A stretch of 64,000 nt of DNA from Verrucomicrobiales bacterium (lineage in GTDB: Bacteria; Verrucomicrobiota; Verrucomicrobiia; Verrucomicrobiales; SLCJ01), in the NCBI GenBank assembly GCA_046075565.1, contig JBJTQJ010000052.1, positions 1 to 64,000 on the forward strand. Direction: 5' to 3'. The notes under the pieces were generated by a model, which saw only the letters and a program-made list of their open reading frames with translations, was not told the origin of the DNA and made no database searches. Within the stretch, counting starts at the first letter, position 1, and every line of letters starts with the position of its first letter. Below, piece by piece: positions 28,446 through 40,281 of the stretch. A program made the translations under genes and the position numbers.

Positions 28446-29314
28446 GGTGTGGGGCCGGGAGCAGGGATACGTTGACTGTCCGCCACTTCTCTCATCCTCC
28501 ATGCGGCCTTGGGACCAAAAAGAAAGGCGGCGATAAAAAGCAAACTTTGCACGAGAACGATGCAAGGACCGGTCGATCCATCGAGAAAAAAGCTGGCATA
28601 AGTGCCGACCACCGATGAAAAGAGCGCGGAAGCGGCAGCCAGCCCGAGCATGCGGTCGAATCGGTCGGTCAGTAGCCGCGCCATCGCGCCGGGAGCGACC
28701 AGCATCGCGACCACGAGCAGGATACCGGTGGTTTGGATCGAAGCCACGATGGTGAGCGAGAGGATGGCGAGAAGGAATTGATTCCAGCGACCGGGATGAA
28801 TACCGAGAGCGCGGGCATGGGCAGGATCAAAAGAAACGAGCGCCAGGTTCCGGCGGAAGACCAGCAGCAGGATCAACGCGACCACCGCCATGCCGGTCGA
28901 TTGCCAGAGTTCGGCCGCTTCGACACCGAGTAGATTCCCCAGCAGGATGTGGTTGAGGTGTTTGTCGGTTTCCACTTTGGTGAAAAGCACAAGCCCGAGG
29001 GCAAAAAGCCCGGTGAAGACGACCCCGAGCAACGTGTCTTCCTTCACCCGGCAGCGCTCTTTCAGATACCCGCTGCCGGCCGCGCAGAACCATCCGGCGG
29101 CGAAGGCCCCGAGGGCGAGTGGCACGCCGGCCACGTAGGCGAGCACGATGCCCGGCAGCACGGCATGGGAAATGGCATCCCCCATGAGCGACCAGCCGCG
29201 CAGGATTAGAAAACACGAAAGCACCGCACACACCACCCCGGTGATGGCGCCCGCGAGCATGGCCTCGCGCATGAAGGGCAGGGCGAATGGCTCTAACAAA
29301 ATGGACGACATCAT
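28442..29314 (-). CDS. Mn/Fe ABC transporter permease (SitD/YfeD-like)
   Basis: LRGWSLMGDAISHAVLPG, HLNHILLGNLLG, SFDPAHA. ATGA overlap with the upstream permease. Confidence 0.9.
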   Translation of the reverse strand: MMSSILLEPFALPFMREAMLAGAITGVVCAVLSCFLILRGWSLMGDAISHAVLPGIVLAYVAGVPLALGAFAAGWFCAAGSGYLKERCRVKEDTLLGVVFTGLFALGLVLFTKVETDKHLNHILLGNLLGVEAAELWQSTGMAVVALILLLVFRRNLALVSFDPAHARALGIHPGRWNQFLLAILSLTIVASIQTTGILLVVAMLVAPGAMARLLTDRFDRMLGLAAASALFSSVVGTYASFFLDGSTGPCIVLVQSLLFIAAFLFGPKAAWRMREVADSQRIPAPGPTP

Positions 29315-30177
29315 TGCGGGCCTCCTTCGGTGATGGAGGTTGACCTCGCCGCGCGTCTTCGGCCGAGCCATCCGTGTTTCGGACCGAAGATGAAGGCGAG
29401 CAGGAAGATGGCGCATTGCAGCACGACGATGCACCCGCCCGTCGATCCGTTGAGAAAGTAGCTGGCATAGGCCCCGGCGGCTCCGCAAAAAGCCCCGAGC
29501 CCACCGGCCAGCAGCAGAAAGGGACCAAAACGATCGACAAGCAGATAGGCGGTGGCCCCGGGCACAATGACCATGGCCACGACGAGGGTCGCACCGACGG
29601 TCTGCAAAGCGGCCACCGTGCAAGCGGCGAGCAAGGTGAAGAAGACCGCATTCCAGAACTCCGGCGATAGACCGACCGCGCGGGCTTGGCCTTCATCGAA
29701 GAAGACGAGCACCAGATCCCGCCAGCGGGCGGCGATCAAAAGGAGGGTGACGAGCCCGATGATCCCCACTTGAATGATGTCGGCATCGAGGATTCCGAGT
29801 ACGTTGCCGAAAAGGATCGTCTTCATGCTCACGCCGGCCGGACGTAGTGACACGAGGAGCAATCCGAGGGCGAAGAAGGCGGTGAACACAACTCCGATGA
29901 CCGCGTCGGCACGCAAGATGGTCTTTTGCTTCAAGAAGAACATGCCGCCGCTTGCGAGCAAGGCCGCGACCATCGCCCCGGCGGCCATCGGCAGACCCGA
30001 GAGATGGGCGATCGCGACACCCGGCACGATGGCATGGGCGAGGGCATCACCGGTCAATGACCAACCCTTGAGCGTGAGGAAACAACTGAGAAGTCCGCAA
30101 ACCAATCCCACGAACGCGCTCACCGCCATGGCCTTGACCATGTATTCATAAGCGAAGGGCACGAGCAATTCTTCCAT
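29311..30177 (-). CDS. Mn/Fe ABC transporter permease (SitC/YfeC-like)
   Basis: LKGWSLTGDALAHAIVPG, LFGNVLGI, ALQTVGA. Confidence 0.9.
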   Translation of the reverse strand: MEELLVPFAYEYMVKAMAVSAFVGLVCGLLSCFLTLKGWSLTGDALAHAIVPGVAIAHLSGLPMAAGAMVAALLASGGMFFLKQKTILRADAVIGVVFTAFFALGLLLVSLRPAGVSMKTILFGNVLGILDADIIQVGIIGLVTLLLIAARWRDLVLVFFDEGQARAVGLSPEFWNAVFFTLLAACTVAALQTVGATLVVAMVIVPGATAYLLVDRFGPFLLLAGGLGAFCGAAGAYASYFLNGSTGGCIVVLQCAIFLLAFIFGPKHGWLGRRRAARSTSITEGGPQ

Positions 30178-30188
30178 GGGCTATTGGC

Positions 30189-31099
30189 TCAGCGGGAGTC
30201 GTCGGGTTTGTTCACCGAGTCCAGATCCGAAGGATCGGTTTTGGGTGGAGCGGTGGTCGTGCCGGGTTCGGGATAGAAGACGAGCGGGCGTTCATCATCA
30301 CTGAGCACGGTCACGCTGCGTTGATCGGCATCGTCGTGCAGTTCGGAGCCGCCGAGGCGGAAATGCCTCAAGGTGCCGCCGAAGGCGCGCGCGATATTCG
30401 CTTCGGTGAAAACCTGCGCTACCGGACCGCTGGCGAGGATGGTGCGGTTGATGAGCACGACATGATCACAAAAAGCAGGCACGCTACCGAGGTTGTGGGT
30501 GGAAACCAGGACCAGTTTTCCCTGATCGCGGGCCTCGCGCAGCAGGTTGATGATGGCGGCTTCCGTTTCCACGTCCACACCGGTGAATGGTTCATCGAGC
30601 AGGATGACCCTCGCCTCCTGGGCGAGCGCGCGGGCCAGGAAGGCGCGTTTGCGTTGACCGCCGGAAAGCTCGCCGATTTGCCGGTGGGAAAGTCCGTGCA
30701 TGCCGACACGTTCCAGAGCCGCCGCGACAATTTCGTGATCCTTCGCTTTCGCCAGGCGCAAAAAATTCATATGCCCGTATCGGCCCATCATCACCACGTC
30801 GCACACACGGACCGGGAAATTCCAATCCACTTCCTCGCTCTGGGGCACATAAGCGACCAACGATCTCGCCTGCGCCTGATTCACCGTCATTCCGGCGAGC
30901 TGAATTTCGCCTTTGACCGGGCGAACGAATCCCATGATGGCTTTGAAGAGCGTGCTTTTGCCGCTTCCATTCATCCCCACGAGCGCGGAAATGCTGCCGC
31001 CGCGGAGCGAAAATGTCGTGTCTCGCACGGCGGTGTGCCCGTTGGCGTAGGTCACGGTCAGGCCCGCGACCCGCAGCATCTCCGCCGGCTCTCCATCAT

Positions 31100-31103
<4 letters not shown>
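30189..31103 (-). CDS. Mn/Fe ABC transporter ATPase (SitB/YfeB-like)
   Basis: [27 protein letters not shown]-terminal [19 protein letters not shown] typical of SitB. Confidence 0.93.
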
Positions 31104-33039
<1,936 letters not shown>

Positions 33040-33067
33040 ATTTTCAGGAGTAGTTTGGTTGATTCAC

Positions 33068-33102
33068 AAAACCGTCGCCCCCAACCAGGGCGGCGGTTTT
33101 TT
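33068..33102 (+). terminator. Intrinsic terminator after P-II
   Basis: AAAACCGTCGCCC-CCAACCA-GGGCGGCGGTTTTTT. Confidence 0.75.
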
Positions 33103-33145
33103 CTTGCCGGGGCGGCGTGGGGGCTTTGCTGTCATCGAAACAAAG

Positions 33146-33431
33146 GAGCACGGGCGTCCTCGCCCAATACCGTGAGTTTAGCACCAGCAATCTTGGTCTT
33201 CCGGGTTCCCGTTGTTCAAGTCCTTGTGGGGCAAGAGCGAGACGCTCTTGCTACGCTTGAAGTGGAAGCTCAAGAGGATATGGCCTGTGAGGATCCATCG
33301 GAGTCGTAGCAAGACCGTCCCGGTCTTGCCCTGAAATCTGACCACTCTTTGCCATTTCGAGTGCTAAACCGACAGAATTGGGCGTCCTCGCCCGTGATTG
33401 GATTCAAAAACGGGCAAGGATGCCCGTTCTC
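33146..33431. repeat. Cluster of REP-like palindromes
   Basis: GGGCGTCCTCGCCC twice, GGCAAGAGCGAGACGCTCTTGCTAC, GTAGCAAGACCGTCCCGGTCTTGCC and ACGGGCAAGGATGCCCGT. The GTAGCAAGA types recur at 18780 and 27148-27253. Confidence 0.75.
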
Positions 33432-33469
33432 GTTTTCATGAGGTGCTAGCCCGCATATCTCACGCTTTA

Positions 33470-34132
33470 TCATCTCGCCACCGGCCTCGCAAGCTCTCCC
33501 TCCGACACCGTAGCGGCCCGGCCGTCGAAATAGAGCGCTTGCCGCTCGCGGCCGTGGATTGGATCCAAGGGGGTGTTGGCTTTCCATCCCGCCGAAGCCA
33601 CCCGCGGGTTTTTCTGGTCGGCGTCGGCCATGGCCCAGATATTGCCCGGCGGGATTGTCTGGCTCAGCGACCGGGGGCTTTTCGGGTCGGCCAAGGAGCC
33701 CCACGGATTGATGACCGTGCCATCTTCGAGCGGGACTTCCATATTGAGCACATAAGTGCGGGCGTCATTCAGGCGAGAGGGCTCGACCGCTTTGCGGTAG
33801 GCGGGCGGGATGAAAATAGAGGAAAGCTCCGGCTGGGTGGGCACCGGTCCGCCGAGATAAGGAGCGAGGTCGCGCGAGAGACGACCATCCCGGGCGGGAT
33901 CGACCATCGGCATCTGACCCGGCCACATCGGCCCGGGAAAACGCCCGCCATGTTCCCCGCCATAGGAAACAATGGCCGCGCCGATTTGCCGGAGCTGGGT
34001 CAAGGCCACCGAGCGATCCGCGCCGCGACGGAGAGACTCATAACCGGCAAAACCGCCAATCGCCAGGACAGCGACAATCACGATCACGATCAGCAACTCG
34101 ACGAGCGTGAAAGCGCGCTCGGATTCGACCAT
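33470..34132 (-). CDS. Prepilin-type N-terminal cleavage/methylation protein with H-X9-DG C-terminal motif
   Basis: RAFTLVELLIVIVIVAVLA, QLRQIG, C-terminal HGRERQALYFDG. Alternative start at 34150. Confidence 0.85.
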   Translation of the reverse strand: MVESERAFTLVELLIVIVIVAVLAIGGFAGYESLRRGADRSVALTQLRQIGAAIVSYGGEHGGRFPGPMWPGQMPMVDPARDGRLSRDLAPYLGGPVPTQPELSSIFIPPAYRKAVEPSRLNDARTYVLNMEVPLEDGTVINPWGSLADPKSPRSLSQTIPPGNIWAMADADQKNPRVASAGWKANTPLDPIHGRERQALYFDGRAATVSEGELARPVAR

Positions 34133-34197
34133 GAGACGGGGACGAAACATCGGGCAAAATACGCCAAACCGGGCATCTCCGGATGAAGAAATGAAGA

Positions 34198-36612
34198 TCA
34201 CCGATATTCGAGCTTGGTGGTAACGGTCGCTTCGCCGTCGCTGCGGAAGCGCACCCAATAGGCTTGGAAAGCCTCCGGGAATGTGTGATCCATCGAACCA
34301 TTGACCTCGAAGGTCTGGTAGGGAGCCCAACGGCCGGTGCCATCCAGATCGATTTCGACGGCGATATTCACCGCTTTATCCGACTGGAGGGAAAGCGACT
34401 TTTGATCATATCCGGTCATCAAATACGGGTCGGAAACTTCCCCCGCCTTCACGGTGGTTGCGTGCCATGGCCCTCCGCTACCGCGGGCTTTGCCCATTTT
34501 CCAGATGTCGTCGATGGCTCCGGCCCAGAGCGCGGCTTTGCCATCCTCGGAGCGAATCACATGGGGATTGTCTCCGGCGCTTGTGGGCGTGACTCCGGAG
34601 ATGATGAATAGTCCGCGATACGAACAGAAGTCGTGGATGGAGAGATTGTGAGTGGCGACCGGCCGGAGCTTGGCGAAACCTCCCGCATTCTCGGCGGGAA
34701 GTTCATAGAAGCTGCCATGGACGTGCAGCAAATCGCGTTCGGTGGCGACTTCGCGGGCGACGCGATAGGACCCCGCGATACCGGCTTTGTCCATGCTGGC
34801 ATCTCCCTTGGGCAAGCGCCAACGACGGCCCGCATCATCGATGATGAGGATGGAGCCGGGATCATTCACATAGACATTTTTCGGAACCGAGGCGTGATCG
34901 AGCGTGTGTTTGAGCAGGCCTTCATCGGCGGTAGGCACGAGCCGGGTATTCGCATCGAGTTCGTATGCTCCCATGGCCTTGCCTGTTTGGTCCATGGCGG
35001 CGAAAGCGAGGGTGCGTTTGTTTTGATCCCGGGCGCGTAAAACTCCAGCGCTCGCGGACTCCTTGGCCGAATCCAATCCGAGACCGGCAAAGATGGCATC
35101 ATTTTCCATTCCGCGCGGATCGCGGTTGGATAGGTGAAACCACGCCGTGATGGCGGGAACGGGCCGGTTGCTCGTCAGCCTGACCCACTCGCCTTGGATG
35201 CCACCAAGATCCACCCACTGGTAAGCCTTGCCGGTGAGTGAAATCTCCTGCGCGTCTTTCCATTCGCCCGTGCCGTTGGCATCGACGTCGATCCGAATGA
35301 CGAGCCCATCGAGCGCCCCCTCCGGAAGATGGAGGTGCAGTGCTTTGCGGTCATACCCGGCAATGAGGAAAGGATCGGAAGGGACGCCAGCTTCGACGGC
35401 ATCACCAACCCAAACGCCGCCCCGTCCAATGGCCGGGCCGAAGGAATCGAGTTTGGCCGGTTCGACAAACCAAAGGTTCGACTGGGACTGCGGTGCGGCG
35501 ATTTCTCCTTTCGCTTTGCGTTTGTTGAGAAACTCCGATTTCGCGGTGTCGTCACATCCGAAGGCGATACGGTCGCCCCAGCGTGCGAAATCGCCGATGA
35601 CTTTGAGGTAGTTCGACCGCGGGCGGATACCGGCGTGTTTTCCGCCGCCGAAGTCGCGAGGAAACCGCCAGAAGGTGCCGTGCATGGTCATCAGAAAATC
35701 TTCTTCCCCGATCTCGCGGATCCGCGGCCATTCGGTATTCCATCCGTGCGCACCGTCATAGGAATGCGAACCCTTCGGCAAACGCCGGAAACTCCAACCG
35801 GATTTTGCATCACGCGTGCCGAGAATCAAAGAGCGGTAATCCCACCCGATGGTCCAGATCGGATCCGTAGCGGGATGCGGGTTACCCGTGATGCCGCCGG
35901 GACCGGTGACTTCGGTGAATTGATTTCGGCGCACAACGGTCCATTTGTCGGCTTGCCCATCCCATTCCGCCAGGACACCGCTTGGTGTCTCGGGCTTGCT
36001 TTTCGCATCGGATCCGTATTCACCGTTGTTCGCATAGACATAGACCCCTTGGCCCGAATAGAAGCCCTTTCCATGATAACCGGGCAGGTTCGCCTTGCGC
36101 GGGCTTCTTTCGGTTGCCGTGTCAGCCCATAGCTCACGGGTTTCGAGGGTCTTCACATCAACTTCATAGATCCCCTCCTCCATCGTGGCGGTGACCACTT
36201 TGTTCGCGGGATCCGTAAGATGACGCGCTGTTCCCGTTGGCCGGCCGAGCATCTTCTTGTATGGAACGGCCCGAACTTTGCCCCCGGCGTCGATGGCGTA
36301 GGGTCCCATAAAAAGTTGATTCGACTCCAAATGAACAAGCCGGTTCGCGGGTGTGCCGCCGATAGATTCCGGATGCACGGTGAATGAACCATCCTTGCCC
36401 AGGGAATAGAGCTTGTCGGAGGAGCCGGACGGACTGTGAGGTGCATAGGTCAACCACCACACTCGATCCGCCCATGGCACCACGGCACCAGTTCCACATT
36501 CGCCTTCATTATTGAAGGAAGCGATGGCGGGGTTGATGCCGGAAATCTCAACGGGAGCCGCCATCAGTGGAGAGGCGGCAAGCAGGACGAGGAATGTGGA
36601 GCGGGGAAACAT
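34198..36612 (-). CDS. Large secreted hypothetical protein with internal duplication
   Basis: Signal MFPRSTFLVLLAASPLMA, ~804 aa, Trp/Gly-rich propeller-like sequence, two homologous modules. Confidence 0.8.
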   Translation of the reverse strand: MFPRSTFLVLLAASPLMAAPVEISGINPAIASFNNEGECGTGAVVPWADRVWWLTYAPHSPSGSSDKLYSLGKDGSFTVHPESIGGTPANRLVHLESNQLFMGPYAIDAGGKVRAVPYKKMLGRPTGTARHLTDPANKVVTATMEEGIYEVDVKTLETRELWADTATERSPRKANLPGYHGKGFYSGQGVYVYANNGEYGSDAKSKPETPSGVLAEWDGQADKWTVVRRNQFTEVTGPGGITGNPHPATDPIWTIGWDYRSLILGTRDAKSGWSFRRLPKGSHSYDGAHGWNTEWPRIREIGEEDFLMTMHGTFWRFPRDFGGGKHAGIRPRSNYLKVIGDFARWGDRIAFGCDDTAKSEFLNKRKAKGEIAAPQSQSNLWFVEPAKLDSFGPAIGRGGVWVGDAVEAGVPSDPFLIAGYDRKALHLHLPEGALDGLVIRIDVDANGTGEWKDAQEISLTGKAYQWVDLGGIQGEWVRLTSNRPVPAITAWFHLSNRDPRGMENDAIFAGLGLDSAKESASAGVLRARDQNKRTLAFAAMDQTGKAMGAYELDANTRLVPTADEGLLKHTLDHASVPKNVYVNDPGSILIIDDAGRRWRLPKGDASMDKAGIAGSYRVAREVATERDLLHVHGSFYELPAENAGGFAKLRPVATHNLSIHDFCSYRGLFIISGVTPTSAGDNPHVIRSEDGKAALWAGAIDDIWKMGKARGSGGPWHATTVKAGEVSDPYLMTGYDQKSLSLQSDKAVNIAVEIDLDGTGRWAPYQTFEVNGSMDHTFPEAFQAYWVRFRSDGEATVTTKLEYR

Positions 36613-36681
36613 GAGCCCGACCAATACGGAAATGGCGCGCAGAGTGTTTCAATTTCAAAAACCGGCCACGCTCAAATCCCA

Positions 36682-37938
36682 TCAATCGCGGCCGAACCAG
36701 CGCCGCCAGCCCCCTTGCTTCAACGGCTTCGCCGCGCGGGCCTCCTTCAATCGCGTTTGGAGATCTTGGATTTTCTCATTGGCAGTCTCCAGTTTTTCTT
36801 CCAGCCGGATGACGCGTTTTTCATCCCGGGTTTCGTGGCCATGGCGGAGGGCATTCCACAATTCGCGTTGGCTTCCTCGCGCGCCGGGCCGGGGCAAGCG
36901 CAGCGGCAGGTCAGCTGTCTTGCGCAACGCTTCCAGGGGTTGTTTGGAAAGGAACAACTGGAAACGCAGCATATCCGCGGCCTCAAGGGCAGGATCATAG
37001 GCTGGAGGAACAAACGTGGAGGCTTCGTGATAAAGTGCTTCGAGCTGGAGCAGCGCGGCATCCAGCGACGCTTCGGAGCGGACGCGGAGACTGACGGCAC
37101 CCGCATCAGCGGCATCGTAGGCGTCCAGCTCCGCGCCGAGGATAGCCGCGCTGGCCTCCCGGCGCATCGAACGGTAGCCGAAATTCCAGGGTCTGATTTC
37201 GTCGAAGTTGGCACTGGTAACCAGACGCCCGACACCAAAGTGATCGGCCTGGATGATCGCGCAACCGGCGGCCATCGCTTCGAGCGCGCAACGCGCCTTG
37301 GCAAAGACGATGTCATACGAGCCGAGCAATTTCTCCGGCTCCGTGGTTGGATTGCCAAAACCCGCGCCGCACCCCTCGACGGCGATCCCCCGTTCCGCGC
37401 ATGACTCCGCTATTGCACGCATGACAGGATGGCCCGGGCTCAGGTAATTGGAAAATACAAGCGCGCGCTGCGGCCGCGCTGGCAGGGGATCGCGCGCGGG
37501 AAACCGCCGCATGTCCACGAAGTTCAAAACCAAGGCAACCCGATCGGCGGGAATGCCCTCCTCATGGATGAGGCGTTCGCGGCAGGCTTCATCCACTGCC
37601 ACCCAGCGCGCGACATTCGGAAGGCGGCATGGCGCCTCTTGCCATGCCTCCGGACCGTGGCAGAACGACAGCACCGGTGACGAACGCGCCGTCATCGCCA
37701 CCAACGTTGTCTCGATCGCATGATGGCCGTGGATAACATCCGGTGTCCATGGCAGAAGCCGTGGATCATCAACCACCGGAATTCCCGCCGCCCTCAGTTC
37801 GTCGGCCACACCGCCGGGCTCGAGCGTGAATGCCGCCACATCGTGGCCGAGGGCCCGTAAGGCGGGCGCGACATCGAGAATGTAACACTCCGTGCCGCCG
37901 CGCGCGGCCAGCGTGTTGTTGGTGAAAAGGATTCGCAT
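36682..37938 (-). CDS. GT-B glycosyltransferase (GT4-like) with C-terminal coiled coil
   Basis: MRILFTN...GGTE...ALRALGHDV, PDVIHGH, NFVD..F, ALEAMAAGC. Tail RVIRLEEKLETANEKIQDLQTRLKE...GWRRWF. Confidence 0.8.
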   Translation of the reverse strand: MRILFTNNTLAARGGTECYILDVAPALRALGHDVAAFTLEPGGVADELRAAGIPVVDDPRLLPWTPDVIHGHHAIETTLVAMTARSSPVLSFCHGPEAWQEAPCRLPNVARWVAVDEACRERLIHEEGIPADRVALVLNFVDMRRFPARDPLPARPQRALVFSNYLSPGHPVMRAIAESCAERGIAVEGCGAGFGNPTTEPEKLLGSYDIVFAKARCALEAMAAGCAIIQADHFGVGRLVTSANFDEIRPWNFGYRSMRREASAAILGAELDAYDAADAGAVSLRVRSEASLDAALLQLEALYHEASTFVPPAYDPALEAADMLRFQLFLSKQPLEALRKTADLPLRLPRPGARGSQRELWNALRHGHETRDEKRVIRLEEKLETANEKIQDLQTRLKEARAAKPLKQGGWRRWFGRD

Positions 37939-37945
37939 CGGGTTG

Positions 37946-38722
37946 TTAATCCGCGTCGGATATCGCCCACTCCCAAAGGGCGATGGCCAGCGGTTTCAAA
38001 TTCGCCTCGTGCGTGAGGATCTGCTTGTAGTGGCCTGCCGCAACCTGTTTGCGCCCGTAGGTTTCGTAAAACGGCGGCTCGGCGGAATCCCAGATGGTGG
38101 CAGCCGGTCCCGGATCAACGGGCGTGAGGATTTCGGTGCGGAAAGCATCTTCCCCGTACTGGCTGATCAATCGATCGACCTCGCCAGCCAGCTCCGGATA
38201 CCAGAGATGGGCCGCCGCGTGTTTGGCAGCGAATTCCTCGTCGTTGAGACGGAGCACGACCTCGCCGGGAATCTGGCTGGGAGCGGGCATGGACTCGAGG
38301 GCGAAGGCTAGGTTGCGCAGGGAACGCCCCCGACGGCGCAGCTTTTCCACGGCGGCATTGATCATGGCGCGGCAGAGGTCATGCGTGATACTGAAGCCCT
38401 CGACCATGTCACCGGCGACCGTATCGATATCGGCTTCTTCCCATGAACTCGCGAATCCCCGGGCGAGGGCGACAAAGGGAGCCGGATTCCCCTCGCTGAC
38501 CATCTCGTAGAAGCGCCGGTCTGAATACGCGCCCTGGAGCTTGCCGAGACGACCGCCCGCACCCTCGATGAGATTGCGCGTGGAGGCGAAGCGCGATTCG
38601 CGGTTCGGACCCGAGCCGTCGGTGATCACATCCACAAGCGGAGTGTTCTTCCGCATCCAGTCAAATACCCTCAACTCGTGTCCTGGGTGGCCGATACAAA
38701 GCGCGCAACGGGAGATTTCCAT
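37946..38722 (-). CDS. Hypothetical protein with PIG-L/LmbE-like signature (HPGHE)
   Basis: ALCIGHPGHEL, VITDGSG, GDMVEGFSITHDLCR, K..AA..Y..L echo the PIG-L layout (HPDDE/TxGE/HxDH). 7 nt upstream of the GT. Confidence 0.65.
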   Translation of the reverse strand: MEISRCALCIGHPGHELRVFDWMRKNTPLVDVITDGSGPNRESRFASTRNLIEGAGGRLGKLQGAYSDRRFYEMVSEGNPAPFVALARGFASSWEEADIDTVAGDMVEGFSITHDLCRAMINAAVEKLRRRGRSLRNLAFALESMPAPSQIPGEVVLRLNDEEFAAKHAAAHLWYPELAGEVDRLISQYGEDAFRTEILTPVDPGPAATIWDSAEPPFYETYGRKQVAAGHYKQILTHEANLKPLAIALWEWAISDAD

Positions 38723-38731
38723 GGGGACGCC

Positions 38732-38760
38732 AGCCTAACATCCTGCTCTTGCCAAGTCAA
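38732..38760 (-). promoter_or_regulatory. Sigma70 promoter of the HPGHE-GT operon
   Basis: TTGACT-17 nt-TAGGCT on the minus strand, 9 nt upstream of ATG 38722. Confidence 0.6.
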
Positions 38761-38827
38761 CCCTCGCGGTTTCGCGTGGATGAGAACGTAGAAGCCCAAG
38801 ACGTGCGGCGTTGTTCACGAATCGACC

Positions 38828-40201
38828 TCAGCACTCGACCACATTCACGGCCAGGCCACCGCGCGAGGTTTCCTTGTATTTGGAATGCATGTCGCGTCCG
38901 GTATCACGCATGGTGCGGATGACCTTGTCGAGGGAAACGAAGTGACTGCCGTCGGAAGCGAGGGCGAGGCGGGCGGCATTGATGGCTTTGACGGATACCA
39001 TGGCGTTGCGTTCGATGCAGGGGATCTGCACGAGACCGCCAATGGGATCGCAGGTGAGTCCGAGGTTGTGCTCCATGCCGATTTCCGCGGCATTTTCCAC
39101 CTGCGCGGGAGATCCCCCGAGGTATTCAACCAAGCCGGCGGCGGCCATGGAACAGGCCAAGCCGACTTCACCTTGGCAACCGGCTTCCGCGCCGGAGATG
39201 GAAGCATTGCGTTTGTAAAGGAGCCCGATCGCAGCGGCGGTAAGGAGAAAACGATGCACACCATCGGCATGGGGCGAAGCGCGGAAGCGGGTCGCATAAT
39301 GCAAGACCGCGGGGAGAATGCCGGCCGCGCCATTCGTGGGCGCCGTGACAACCCGGCCGCCGGCCGCGTTTTCCTCGTTCACCGCGAGCGCGTAGAGGTT
39401 CACCCAATCGAGGATACGCAGAGGATCGATGAGCGCTTCTTCCGGCCGGGCGTGGAGTTGTTCGGCCAGCGCCTTGGCCCGGCGTCGCACTTTCAACCCC
39501 CCGGGTAGAACACCATCGCGCGAGCAACCGCGACGCACGCAGTCCTGCATCGCCGCCCAGATCGCGTCCAGGCGCGCGCGCGTTTCCGCCTCAGGACGAA
39601 AGACTTCCTCGTTGGCGAGGACAATATGACTGATCGCTAATGAACGGGCTTGGCCATGGGAGATCAACTCCGCGGCCGAGGTAAAAGGCATGGGCACCGA
39701 AACACCGATGGTGGTTGGAGCCGCCATCTCTTCCTCCGTGCCGATGAAGCCTCCCCCGAGCGAATAGATCACCGCATCGCGCAGAATGGCATCGTCTCCA
39801 TCGATTGCGGTGAAGTGCATGCCATTCGGATGCAACGGCAGGGGTTTCAGCCGCCGGAAGGTCAAATCAACCGCGGGATCAAATCCGATTTCCTTTCCTC
39901 ATGGCAAGCGCAGGAGCTTGCGGGTGGAGATTTCTTCGCGCCTTGCCTCCATCGATTCGACATCGATGGATTCAGGATTCTCGCAGAGGAATCCGAACAC
40001 GATGGCGCGATCGGTGCCATGGCCTTTTCCGGTGGCGGCCAACGAACCATAGAGGTCACATTTCAACCGCGCCACCCGTGGGGCCAATCCGGCGGCTTCG
40101 ATTTCCCGGACAAAGCGTGCCGCCGCCCGCATCGGGCCGACCGTGTGTGACGATGACGGTCCGATACCGATGGTGAACAATTCCAGGGCGGATGTGTTCA
40201 T
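38828..40201 (-). pseudogene. sdaA: L-serine ammonia-lyase (Fe-S, single chain) interrupted by an in-frame TGA at 39899-39901
   Basis: IGIGPSSSHTVGPMRAA, YGSLAATGKGHGTD, then LRLP*GKEIGFD continuing in the same frame to [33 protein letters not shown]. Confidence 0.88.
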
Positions 40202-40281
40202 GCGCGCGTCTTCAAACGAATCTGGAGCACGGGACAGGCAATGGCAAGGCCCTCGCTTGACGCCCGCGCTATGGTTTGCCC

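Noticed and set aside
39899..39901. Selenocysteine or alternative genetic code at the sdaA TGA
   Set aside because: The position is not one of the Fe-S cysteines, no convincing SECIS was seen, and TGA is a normal stop in many genes here.
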